Assembly (NCBI GenBank): GCA_002633005.1
Contig: NMRA01000088.1
Span: 430,186 to 494,185, forward strand
Origin: Phoronis australis
Taxonomy: Eukaryota; Animalia; Phoronida
Length of the DNA: 64,000 nt
Direction of reading: 5' to 3'
The notes under the pieces were generated by a model that ran no database searches, was not told where the DNA came from, and saw only the letters and a program-made list of their open reading frames with translations. The number at the start of each line of letters is the position of its first letter. The first letter of the stretch is position 1. Positions 26,761-40,285 of this stretch are shown here, one piece after another. Made by a program: the position numbers and the translations under genes.

Positions 26761-29700
26761 TCTGCATGTTGCGCGTGTAAATGGTTTGCTTGCAGTAGTA
26801 AAATGCATATCGATGGAATGAACTTTATGAACCAAACACACATTCTTTAAAAACTGTTTTGTTTATGTTTGTAAAATGGAAGCCAATTTCCCGTGAAGAA
26901 TGTGAAAATTGAATTAAAAATAAAAAAATAAATGATTATAATAATTTATAATACAACTACTTTTACTAAAAAATCAATTGAAAATAATAATTGGAAAGCA
27001 AATTTCAATCGACGTGGTAACGACGAAATATGGCCTCGTTTACTGGCAAGACATTTTTATAAGCAGTGTTTTTACGTCATGTGTCATGATTTCATGCAGG
27101 TAATTTGATCCCACAAACCTGAGGGTTCTTTCACGTTGTTCCTTCATACACCAAAGAAACGGCAGTAATAAGTTTTCCAGATTATTGAACCCAGGCAGGA
27201 GAGACTGACTAGTTGTACTTATGATTCAGCGATATTTTCTATCTGGAAGTTTTCATCTGACATTTATATGAATATTATTTGTAATAGAGTGCTTTGAGCG
27301 GAAGTAAATTTTATTTCATGAATATTTTCGCTGTATCTTCCTTTTAATTGAAATCTATTGAAATTGTTCTTGCTTGCCTCATCGACGTTGTAAACCTTGC
27401 AATAGTCTGATTAGGGTTAAAATGGTCTCGAAAATTGCTTGCCTTAATAGCCGTTGAAGTGAGAGATAACACGAGATTATTATGAAGTGGGCCAAGCTTG
27501 AAGTTGTTTGCTAACCCTATAGAAATAGACGACATGCTGCCACTCTTTTTACTTGCCCGTGCTCTGAATAGTGTGTTTAGGGTAGAAATCATTTTGTTCC
27601 ATGGTGTGGAAAGCGTAGAGATCAATTTTATATAGTTGTAGTATCTTAGATAGTTTACTATTTGTGTTTCGATTGGTGAGTACGGTGGAAATGATGAGGT
27701 CGTCGTAATGACAAATGTCAATTTATAAACCGTTTCATACAGTCTCCGTATATTCGCGTAATTAGGCCCATGCGCCTAAATACGAAATAAAGCGGTTTTC
27801 TAAGAGAAATGTTTTTGTCCAAGTGCACGTTTAGGTCCTTGTATATATCCACGTGTTAAACTTGGTGTTTTGGGGTCTTTTTGTACATTTTTAATACTTT
27901 CCATTGAAATAGTAATTGTCAAATGGTGTATACGTCTACGCCAGCAGTTTTCTAACAAAAAATCCATGTTTCGCTCACTTGCTGTTTAGAATTTTACTCT
28001 TTTGTTTTAACTGTTTCACATACAGGCGCATGTGACTAATTCCAGGTATGGGCTGGGCTTTGCATATAGGTGGATGGGCTTAAATCTGTCGATATACACT
28101 AATTCCCTCCCGAAATGATACTGTAAATTAGCCATTTTTTGCACTAATTTTGCATTCCTCCCAAGTTGGCGGTTAGGTCCCAGATGTTTTACACGAAGAT
28201 CTTGTTTTTAACATGCAATGTTAAGAAGAGGTTCTTTAAAGTTTTAACTGACAGCCCTCCTTGTTATCAAAAGATTTGCATGTAAGTGTTACCGTTATGA
28301 TAAGCTGTCTTTTGATTCCGACAACAAAATGTCAAAATAGAATTAATTTAGATTTCTAAAGGGATGGTATAATGTTTCTATCTACGGTATGATAGTTTTT
28401 CTATTTTAACGCTGTTATTTGATCGCTGCTGTGCTCATATGATACTGAAGTAATAACTTCGCTCCAAGCTCATTTAGATTGACCCATATTTTTAGTTTGA
28501 AACCTTAGAAATTTGCACTCATTGGAGTAGTGGTTATGATTGCGAATACTCCTTGACACGTCACAACGCAAGCTTCTAAAAGGTGACGTTTTCCCCAATT
28601 TTCTTGTGATCAACTTTAAACTGCAAATAATTGATTTTTGAAAGTTAAGCTGCCTATTTGAGTATGTTCTCAAAATGGAAATTGGATTATTTAAGACATA
28701 ACTTCACTATATTTACGATACAACACGTCGCTGCGTTACTAATAAAAGGAGCAAGTAAAAATAAAATAAAATAAAATAAAATAAAGCAAATTAACGGTTT
28801 TCGTGTTTTTATTTATTTTCTACCGTTTTGTTCAGTGCGTTGCATAGTACGTATTTTTTTACTAATAGATTAGAGGGCATAGCTGTCGAAAGGCTTGGAA
28901 TAATCGGTCCTTTAAGGAATCTTGACATTGAAATTTATTTGTTGTCATTTAGATATTTATATTTTAGTAATCACTTGGATCGTTTGTCTATTTTTGGAAT
29001 TAGTAACAACATGTAGATATCGCTAGTTTACCAAAAATAATATTCAATAAATTCTATGTAGTTGTGAACACAACACACTGATTTAAAAAAATGCAACAAT
29101 CTTTAAATTATATTTTTTGACAAGCAGATGTTTCTTTTTGTACAATTTATATTATCAATCTTTGTAATGAGGGCTGATACGGTAAGCTGTTTGTGACACG
29201 AGGCATCAAGTCGAATGAAATGAATTAAATAGTAAACGTATTATAAAAGAGTTGCGGACCATAATTACCCTATTTACAAAGTTCTCTGAGTTAATGAAAC
29301 ATCTTTGTAGCTGTATCGGAATTAGGTATGGATTTTTATTTGTAAGGGTCAAAGGCCACTTGTTTTATCACCAACCTTGATACACATACTTTTTATCCAT
29401 TGAATCCTAGAATATGTTCATGCTTTTGTGTGTGTTTTGCCGACTGTACAATCAAAGAATCCGATTGGTCGAAATAGGATTTGTCGATATAAGGAAAACA
29501 GTCCTTCGGTGCGTTTCTCCTAAGGCTTGAAATACTTGGTGACAAAACAGCGACAGAAAGTCGTGTTAACAGAGACGCGGTAGAATGGTGGGGATTTAAC
29601 TTTCATTATATCAGCGGACTACTTTTTAATCGTTTGTTGACTAAGCATCCAGTCGGAAAATTAATAATTTTGTTACACGAAAAAGGTTTTCCGAGTAATT

Positions 29701-32700
29701 CTTAAAAACTCTGCGTTAAGTGTAAAGAAATTTTGAAAGGCATTTTGCGTCACAAACGATACGTTTTGTTTGTCACAATTAGGCAAAATGAAAAATAATC
29801 GTATGGCGAATATTTTTTCCTGTTGTGGAAACGTTGTTAAAGTGCTCGCTAAAAGTTATACACGACATGATTGCTAATGTTGTTATGGTACTTCATCGTT
29901 CGAAATTTGTTTTCAAAACATTTAGTATTAAAATATCAATGTTAAAATATCAAGCAAGGTGTATTTTGAGTGCGTTATAGGCTTTACAAAACAGGTAGAA
30001 AGGTGAAACTTCCAATATACGGTCCTGTTTTTTCTGTCTAGTAACCCATTCCTCTTTCTCGTATCTTGGTCAAAGGTTTTCGCCGCGGTTGCTTGAACCT
30101 CTATTTTCTTAGACTACGCGTTTAGACATCACTGTCAATACACGAATGTAGGCCAACGTTTAGAAATGTTATTTGTTCACGTGCCATTTTTTAAGATTTG
30201 CGACAGGCGTTGTTGGATCAATCTGGTACTTAAGAAAGACGGGCGGTGCCCGGATGTTACCGAGGATCACCTTCTGCGTGGAGATGATTACGTATTTTAC
30301 GAAACTGATTATGAATTTACGGTTGTGAATCTTCTAGAACGCATGAATTAATTCTGGAAAAAACGATATAAAGGCTTTGCTGTTGCACGTTTTTGTTATT
30401 GAAGAAATAAAACAAGGAAATTAATACATAAAAATCAATGATGTTAAATAAAAAGAGGGACACATTTGTGTTTTAGAAATTAAACCTTTGGATTACATTT
30501 TGTTAAACTTTTAATGATCGTTTCTAATGCCAGCAGCAAATGCATTTTCATCAATTTAAACTGAACATAAAATAAAGTAAATAAAGAAAAAACATTAAAA
30601 TTGATATTTTTTGCTGTATTGAGAAACAGTTCGATTGTCTATTCTTCTTTCAACAGCTGCATAAGTTTATGCACAATTTAAAGCAGGCACACATTCCCTC
30701 AGCATTCATAAGAAACGAAAGGCAACTTGTATGTTTCTCATTTATTTAGCTCCACCCACTACAATACAAAACGGGGCCTTTCCCTTTGAAGTGTTTGAGT
30801 GAAAATCTCTTTTTAATAATTACATAATTTCTACAACGTTTTTCCCACACCGTTCTCGACAAACATTGCGTTTTTTCAAAGATATGGGTCAAGGAAACGA
30901 TTTTTTACCATACTCTGTCAGTATTTTTATTTTTCATTGTCTAGTTTTAAAGAAATTTGTTGGTGACTTAGTAAATTTCTACATTTCATTTACGTTCATA
31001 AATTTGTGCACGCACGCCTGAAAGCATGTTAAATTGATTATTTTATTTATTTCAACAGAAAAATAAAATAATAAAATAATTCTATTTTTGTCAGAAAAAC
31101 CTCTTCCCATATTTTAGATACTTCAGTATTTGAGAGCGAACAAAATAATCTCCATTAAATTTTGAGTTGTTTTACATCGCAGCACATTTTAAATATTTCG
31201 TAGCTTTGCTAAAATACAACACTAAAATTGAAACCTGTTTTTGTGAGTTACGTCCCCTGTGGTACAAAAATACACCTCGTGACGTCGCCACTTCCAAATA
31301 AGGAAGAGGCCTGCTGGAGGCCTCTAGGGGAAACTCGTACTAGCTGTATTGTAATAGTGGCGTATTCCGATGCGTTCCACAAAAGGGCGATAACGCGTGA
31401 CTTAAGGCGCACAATCCACTGTAAAAAACCAACAATAAGACTCGTAACGAATCGAGCATAAGCTCTCGGCGTTCTACGAGAGCTCATATTTCGCCAGTGC
31501 CTCTTAGGGTGAAGAAGTGCTTTCCGGATATGCAGTTATTTTGCAATTGACTATGCCGACTCGCACGATGTTTTCCTGGGTAAGTGCTTCTGAATAACTG
31601 AGCTAAGGTTTTCCACAGGACGACTGTGCTTTGACTACCAGTGGTGGTAGTTTGGATCGCTCTACCACATATATTGTTGGTGTTTATTTTTTCAAGACCA
31701 TGTGTTCAACAGCTACGCAAAGTTTGCACAATTTTTGATAATTGTGTATATATGTTGCCATTGAATACGATATATCGCAAATTTAAATTGTGTGTTTTTA
31801 TTTATTTATTTTTTTTAGAAATTTTCGTTTTCGTGCAATAGTTGAGTTGCGTGGAAATATTTTTGCCAACTTGTCGTGGCCGAGGGAAAATATTCCATTT
31901 GTTCTTTGGTTTTAAACGATAACTTTTTCATATTCAGAAATTGCTACACCTATAATTTTTGTGGTCTCCGGCGTTTCTACAATAAGTTTTCCGCTGTTTA
32001 TGACATAACTCGAAAATACCGACCCATCTTGTGAAATATACAAATCACCTATTCAAAAATATTTAAGAATGATTTTTCTTTTTAACACTAATACCTTTCT
32101 GAAAAGACTAGAAGGAGCAGATTTACATTCAACATGTTTGTGATATCATGATATTTTAGTCATAAAAATAAGTATTTCTGTTGTCCGATTACGGACTACC
32201 TCGCATGGAAACATGGATTTTTTAAGTTGTGAGTAAAAATGTTTTGCGAAGCACATGTAATTCCTGTTTACAGACATCAGAGTTCGAAATAGCTAGTTGA
32301 AATTCTTTGGGCAAAAAACGTTTTTATTGAAAACCTACATTTGGTGGCAACGTTGCTTTTCCTAGCGAAACTTTTTAATTTACTCGCAGTAAAAATTGCC
32401 ACGCAAAATTAACACAGTGAGACTGGTCTTCTTAATTATCAGAGCGTTGTGTTGTCGTTTATTTATCATTAAAATTGTACTTGATATGATCTGCCATCTG
32501 GTAAATTATCGAAAATCGAAACGGGGGCGGCTTGTAAATAGGATGCAGATCTGCGCGACATCTATTGAGTAACCGCGACACTATTCCGTCGTGGTCACTA
32601 ATTAGTTAGGCGAAAGATAAAAAAACCGACGGCGCCATCGGAGAGCTTCCAGAAAATTGACTGGGTTTCCAATTATACGTAATTGATCGATTTCTGAAAT

Positions 32701-34256
32701 ATTTGTTATGTTCTAATTAAAAACATTAACAAACCGGGTCAGCTTTGTATAATCTTGTTACATAAAGCTCGCGAACACACGCCCCCAAGGCTCGAACGAA
32801 AACTTAACTGTAAAAATGCAACTACCCAGGGGAGAAAAAATGATTTATGTCCAAAGCAAAATACGTTTTATTGGCTCAAAAATTTTGTTCTTTAGACGCA
32901 CCTTTAAAGTAAACCCTTAATTCTATAGGATTTTGTATGACCAACAATCCCCGTCTCTCTGCGAGGCTAACCTTTGATCTGGCGTCAAGCCCTAACCACG
33001 TTAAACATATTTTGGGTTAATTTCTTTTGACAGTGAATTAATTTGTTTTTATATTTAACCAAGTAGAAGAACTCCAGAGAAAGGGGTTATAGTTATTCTG
33101 TCTCAGTAATGTTATTTTTGCCGGATTCTGCGATCAGAGCCACGCCTACTGATGGGCTTTGGTAGTCTTTTTCACGCTTTATTTCTTTATTTTAACAAGA
33201 GATTACGTATCCTGGCCACTTATGAAATGGCCGTTCTACAAAGAACATAGGGGCCCACGCATGTGTTTGAATACAGTAATGAAATACTTCAGTTCAGAAC
33301 TTGGTAATATTGGAAAAAGGCAGAAACTGGTCCTTAAACGCCCGACCGGCTCATAACTTGAATTTGCTCCTTGAATTAAGATTGATATGGTACATCACTG
33401 CTTTCAGGTCTCAATTGAATAGAGATAATTTGAACGAATTTTCCTTAAGTTTCACCTGCACTTGCATTTCAAAAAAATTCCACGCCTTCAGAATATTAAA
33501 TTCTATTCAAAATTGACAACTTTGCAAAATGTCAAATATGAATGATAATACATTGGCAGCCTACAACTCGGCAAGTTTTGTTTAGCTAAATGAAACCTGT
33601 AAATGCGCTGGTTAGAAGAATTGATTCGCAGGAACTGTCCGCTGGGAAGAGTGGCGCATGCGCCTAGTAACTATGTTCCATACTAGATGGCGCCACAAGC
33701 TTCTCTCAACGGTTCCCTGAGTCCGTTTCTGTAAAGAAACATTAGAACCTTAGAAGGTCTGGGCGATTAATTTCAAAACATTGAAATGTACCAAACTTAA
33801 ATGTTTGAAGATGTAATTTCAAGACAACAACAATGTGAGAAAAAACGAACGAGAGCTCGCACTGAAGATGTAACAAAACTCATACATTTTGAGTATTGTA
33901 TCTGTTTGAAAGTTTATTTTTGTCGAAAAATACTCCATTCCAGTTCACATTGGCTTAAACGACGTTTTAGATGACAGTTGGTCAACACAGCCAAATCACG
34001 TGACAGGAAATAGTGACTAGAATGGCGCATTCTCGCTGTTTTGCTCATGTTTGTCGCTGACAAACAAAATCTTCACGCCTGACAAGAGGCTATTGATAGC
34101 ATTTGAGCTCGTGTAAACGACTTAGAACTGTTTGACAAAGTTGTTGAGCGTAGCTACTGTAATACGAACTGCAAAGGCAATGCTGAGTCTTGTTAAGTGA
34201 CCGCCACTTCGGATATCGTTTATTTTTTAAAGCGGCTGTAAACCCACGTTCCCTAC

Positions 34257-34520
34257 AAGACTACTTAGCGTTATCAAATTGGTCTCAGCTTGTTCCCTAC
34301 TCAGATGAGAAGTGATTTCTGAGTTTGTAAACAGCTAACAGTTCGTTATTCATTGAGACCATTCATAGTCGCGGTGCATAATATGGCACCACGTGACAAG
34401 CCAAATTGTAGAGCCTCGTCTCGTGCAATAACGAACTGATAGTTCTCTCGACGCCTTGAAATCATCTTCATTTTTACTAAGCAACAATTTGAGACCGATT
34501 TCGTAACGGTAAGGGGTCTA
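34257..34520 (+). mobile_element. Palindromic MITE-like element, family A (full copy)
   Basis: Left end AGACTACTTAGCGTTATCAAATTGGTCTCA matches the reverse complement of the right end AGACCCCTTACCGTTACGAAATCGGTCTCA. Inner arms CAGTTCGTTATT/AATAACGAACTG. Two other copies lie in the window. Confidence 0.8.
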
Positions 34521-37377
34521 AATCAAAAGTTGGGTTTATATGACGAAGGCGGGTTTATATCAGGACGAAGGCGGGTTCGCCACTTCAATTCACTGGTCTC
34601 TACCACTGGAGAGATAAGTTAGTAGATTCTTTCGAAACGGTTTGTGTAGAAACATTCGACTGGACATTCTCTCGCATAACTTTCAAATTCACAAATTCAA
34701 AACCCATTACCAGCGAAAGTCTGGCTGGTATCGAGATTATTTGTCTTTGCCATATCCGGATTAGTCACACAAATGCAATCACGGCTGGAAAACTATCAAA
34801 AATGGGCTAGGGTAGAAGACTTGCTATCCCAGGTTCTTAAGTATGTATGGCACACTCGAATTCTCCGGAAACTCATGTTTATGCTGTTTTTATTACAACA
34901 CATTACACACGCATGATATCGCTATTACAAAATTACAATCACGGTTGTTTTAATAGTTTTATTATTTGTGTGTTTGTTTTTAACACAAGGAAGACGTACG
35001 GTCATTATCAAAGCGCGCTCTGTAGAAAAAAGTCAATAAGGTAAACGGAATAGTTTTTCCATTCTACACGGTTAAGCTTTATTTGCGAATTCCTCGTTGT
35101 ATTTATGTTGCGTTTGTTTTCGTTACAAACCATGTGTAGACGGACTTTACGGTAGTTAGCTAGGACTACACCTGTAACAAGCAGCTTGCTTGTGGTCAGA
35201 CAAAGAATTAAACACCTAATTACATTCACAAATACGCGTTAAACACAAATACGCGGGTCCCTAACTATTTGCTCTTCGCTTAGAATAAACAGATTTCGCA
35301 CGCACACTTCTACCAGAACATACACTGTATCGGTGCTGCCACGTTTGGAGTAGTGAAAGTATACTTTCGACGTTCTCGGGATTAAAAGTTAGAAGTTAAT
35401 TCCGCTTTTCCGAGGAATTCGATTGAGTGTCATAATACGTTGAGATAATTGGGGGTACTCAGGCGCATTAACGAATATTGGAGCCGGTATTTAGACAACA
35501 GCAACAGTGAAGTTGACGAGTGCAGAACGTATATACACCTCGACGTGTGATGCACGTTGTTTTATCAATGAATAAGAGGCATTACACAACTTAAGTTACG
35601 TTTAAGTCCTTTTTGAACTTCTCGCCAACCCGTCTCCACTCGTACAATAGCTTTTGTATTGTATGTTATCCTTGCTACACTATCATTACGTTTTATTTCT
35701 CAACGTAACCAGTTTGTGTATGTACTGGCTTTAAGAGGCTCTTAACAGAGGGATGACGCGTGCGACTTCAAGTGGCGTTAAATAAAGCATATTTCATTTC
35801 TTGCCAAACGTTTGGTGACCTTCCATCCACTTAGTTAATGCGCGTTGGACTATTTCCCTCGTTAATGTTCACATATCGTTGACCGGTTAAGAACCCGACA
35901 ATGCGCTTGACGAATAAGTTCGATATTGTCAGAAAATTGTTTTAAGTGGTCGTAAAGCTTCTTAATCCGTAGAACAAACCGACTGATCCTTTAAAAGCGA
36001 TCTCCGAATAGCATTATCGAATTTTCAATAGCTATCATTAAGGAGGCCAGTCGTTTAATGCAAACACAAAGTGATAGCTCCACGTACCAGCGACGAGAAG
36101 AGCATTTATGAATCTGTTGATTTTTAGAAATAAAGGAACGATTTCATCAACGTTGAATAAGATCTTTCGTAGAGTATCATTTCGCAAGGTTTCTTGATTT
36201 TGCCATTGTTCATCATACATCAATCTACTTATATAAAATTGCCGCTACGCCTAACAAGTCTCGGTGACTGAGTCTTGCATCTTGCGGTAATTTAGCTGAG
36301 TTTTTGTACACCGTATAACCAACTGGGTGACTGGAAAAATACCGAGTGTCGATTGTGACTCAGTAAAAATAAGCATAACTTATTACCGATACATCTTTCG
36401 TGGCAAATTTGCCTGTGCATTTATTTTCAGTTAGAAAATTTTATATTGTACACATACACAGATTTACTAGCTGTAGCCACTGAAGTTGAATCCGCCAAAT
36501 GACACGTGGTGGACTTAAAAAACAAACTAAACATGACTTTCTGTTGTCAGTTGAGTCTCGTTCACTGTTCAGTGACCTGTGTTTCCCCGAAGTGTAGAAA
36601 AACACGACATCTGTTTACGAATTAAAAAAAGCATTTTCCTGTTTATGTTGCCTTTGAATAAGCACTCTGAAGCCGTCTTATTTATCCTACTTTCAAATAA
36701 ACGATTCTGAAGATAAAATTACTAATTACTAGTAAAATATTGACTTACTTAAGTATATGCCATTTCATTGTGAAAAAACTTGCTGTGTTTTTATTTCGTT
36801 TATTTATTGTTGAACTGTGGTGAGATTCTACTAAACGATTTTTGCCAAAATTCTAAACTTCGCAAATCACTGCACAACAATAAATGAAGGCATTCGTTAT
36901 CAAAAATTAAATTTTCCCCAAAATTTATATCCAGATAATATTTTGTTAGTGTCACTTATAAAATCCCCTTTCTATGTTAAATATAGTAAATATTCCTTAC
37001 TTAAACTATACATTGATGCCCTTGCAATCGTTATTGCTTGTCAATTCATCAGCTCCAGTTTGTTTCTGTCTCATGCAGACGACATTACGAGCGAGCCTCG
37101 TTTGGAGATTGTCAGCAACCAATGGAAGTACTTTTCACAATCTCTACTCGTTGCATAATGATGGTCCCAAGTCGCAGTTTTGTTTGTTCGCAATAACTCC
37201 TGTCGAGTCGAATAATCGTGATTGCTTGTGGCAAAGCAAGTCAGGTGAAATCAAGGCTTAGCTTTGGGGCAATAAACCATTGTAGGCATTTTCCACCTAG
37301 AACATTCTTGCATTTGTTGTCGCCAGAAGCACATCGGTTTTTCACACTTGTCTAGATTTTTTACACACCTTGCCGCA

Positions 37378-37392
37378 ATGATAACGCTGCAG
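37378..37392 (+). CDS. TFAP2: Candidate alternative first coding exon (MITLQ, phase 0)
   Basis: gcaATG ATA ACG CTG CAG|GTAAGA: purine at -3, strong donor, in frame with exon 2. A CCAAT lies about 260 bp upstream. No homology support. Confidence 0.45.
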
Positions 37393-40039
37393 GTAAGACC
37401 GCTGGGGTTGATATCTCATATTCTAGTTGTCTTTATTATTACACTTCATGTAAATTTTTATTTCATCTAATAAGCAATCAAAATACATGACGCCTTAGTC
37501 ATCGCCAATGTTTCATTGTTAGCACCGAATAAGCAAGATCTATCGTATTAACATTTACATTTTTAATTTAGAATAATTACCTGGGTCTTGTTCAAATACC
37601 CTCTTATTTTTGTCTACAGGAAATTTTTTATTTAGGTATACTTGGTTTTGGCATGTGCCGTGCCATTTATTTCTACTGGCTTCAATATATTACAATTTTC
37701 CTGTGTCAACTTTTCGTGCCTGCTATCAAAGACGGTAAGGTAAAGTGGCCAATATTGCACCTAAGATCTTGCCCCTGGGAGAGTCGTCAGCTCGATAACT
37801 CAGACGCCTGAGAGGCACCAGCTTACTCACGCTCCATTAGACAAGACAAGAATGGAGTGAATTGAGTTATAATAATTGTTATGGACATGAATTATATCGA
37901 AAATCCATGTTTGCGTATGACGTCAGCAAATTTCTCTTACGGAGGAATTGAAAATAACAAATATAGCCAAGAGGACATTTTAAAGTCATTAATATATTTA
38001 AGCTCTTATCTATCTGTACAACAAGCAATCCTTTATGTGTTACGAGCATTATTATTGAAAGTAGAACGTATAATGCAAAAGGCATTTGTTGTCTCCAGCA
38101 CCAAGTTCGTAACGAGCTAAGTGTAAATCACTAATTAACTTAAAGAACGTTGGTTTCTCAATGTCGATTGTGGAAAAATTGCACATGGCAAGTAAAAGAA
38201 TGGCTGTCTCAAAATGCAGTTTTCTTTAAAGTTAAGTACGTTTAAAACATTTAAAATGTTTCCCATCTTTAAAAACGAATGGTTCCATTGTGAGAAAATA
38301 AGAGACTATCAAGCAAACGTACAATGGCTTTATAATTGCACTGTTGTGTAAAAGTGTGATTCTTCACCAAGCACTATGAGGACAGTGCACTAGTGCGGTA
38401 GTTATCTGGTTGCGTTCTGGCGAGACACACTCGCCGTTTTCACTCAGACTGTCGTAAACTGAAGAGCAGATAGGATATCTCTGTTTACTTTTAAAATTAC
38501 CCGAAATTAGTCGAATAATAAGCTATGGAGAGATGACTTGTACACACTTTTGTTAATTTTGACAGATGACACCGCGGCAGTAGCCAGGGAACAAGCGACC
38601 TATGTTTAGTTTGAGGCAAGTCTTAATTAATTGCTAATCAGTCGCTGCTTCCTAGTAGATTTCTGATTCTTATCGCAGGTATCGTGTTTCGTACTCAAGT
38701 CCAGCATATGGGATGACCTCACTCCTAAGTGCGAGGGCGCACATGATGAAAAATAAGGGTAATATATTCATAAATAGTGGAGAAAAATAAGCGTACTGGA
38801 CACTTAACACAGTGGATCCTGCGAGATAACCTGCTTACGTGCGACGTAATACACGTATCTCCTCAATCTTTTAATTGTTTCTATCGTTCTTCAAAATGCA
38901 GAAGAATCCGAGATCCAAACGAAATTTCGTCTACATTATAATAATCGTGTTTTATATTATATGTCTGACAATAAATAAACGTTGTTTTCTGTGCCTTGCC
39001 AGTGAAAAATTTAGAAGTAAACGGTTTAGGCGTAGAAGTCGCCATTGATTACTACTGTAGATCTGTACGAAAACGAACACTTCATTTTTTGGTTGGGGAA
39101 GATCTTTTGTAATGTAGTTGTGTTCTTGATGTAAAGGACAATTTTTTGCACGTTGTACTCAAATATGTTAAATTTATGCACTGTAGATTATTTTTGATTA
39201 TAACGCAACAAAAACTATTCCTACTCAAAAGTTCCGTTCTTTTGCAAATGGATAATTGTCATAACCTGACCATGAACTTTTTAAAGTATGCAGACTACGT
39301 ACTTTACATATTCTACATTTTAAGAGAAGAGGTCAGATTTGTGAATTATCTGCGGATAGTGTTTTGTAAGGCCGCGGGTCAGGGGTCATTTGAAGTTATG
39401 TTATTTGATTGTTACGTAAAGAAACATGCCTCTTTAATAAAACTGAAACGGTACTAGGAAATTGTGGATCACCCACCGACTGGTAATAAATTTCAATTGA
39501 TTTCAAATAAATGGCGGGTTATTGTCTAATTGAAAAAGCTTCGACTGGTCTCTCGGTTGATGACGACCACACAGGATTCTTCGAACAAATAGCTGAACAT
39601 TGTGACTTTTCGAAAATTAAATTTCCTCTATCAAACCTGTCAGTATATTGCTAAATATTCATTCTTTACCGGACTCATAGAATTGGAAATTCCTGGAAAG
39701 AATTTAGCGAAATGATGTCAACGTTATTACTGTTAAATAGATCACACGCGACTTCTCCGGCTGACTGTAATTTTTCTAGTGTTAACTAAGAAGCCTAACT
39801 CTAAAGGCATCATTTCCTTCGATTTCGCCATTTCAGACCATAAAACAAGTCTCCTCAATCAAACGTTAACACTAATATAAAAATCCTTCCTAAATTAAAT
39901 AGCTGCAGGTATTTTCTTTTTTGCCATCAATTTTGTAAATTCATAATCGTGTCATTCAACTGTACCTGCTGTTTTGCTAGCATTACATCAGTAATTCGGA
40001 AATCAATTTAGAAATTCTGCTTTAAGTTCTGTTGATGCT

Positions 40040-40285
40040 AAACAATCAGTGTCTTTTTAAAAGCTTGCGTTACAATTTGCTGTATGAAGTTTTTAACTAA
40101 AACAATCAGTGTCTTGTTAAAAGCTTGCGTTACAATTTGCTGTATGAAGTTTTTAACTAAAACAATCAGTGTCTTGTTAAAAGCTTGCGTTACAATTTGC
40201 TGTATGAAGTTTTTAACTAAAACAATCAGTGTCTTGTTAAAAGCTTGCGTCACAATTTGCTGTATGAAGTTTTTAACTAAAACAA
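40040..40285. repeat. 60-bp minisatellite, about 4.1 copies
   Basis: Unit AAACAATCAGTGTCTTGTTAAAAGCTTGCGTTACAATTTGCTGTATGAAGTTTTTAACTA repeated with only two substitutions seen. Confidence 0.97.
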
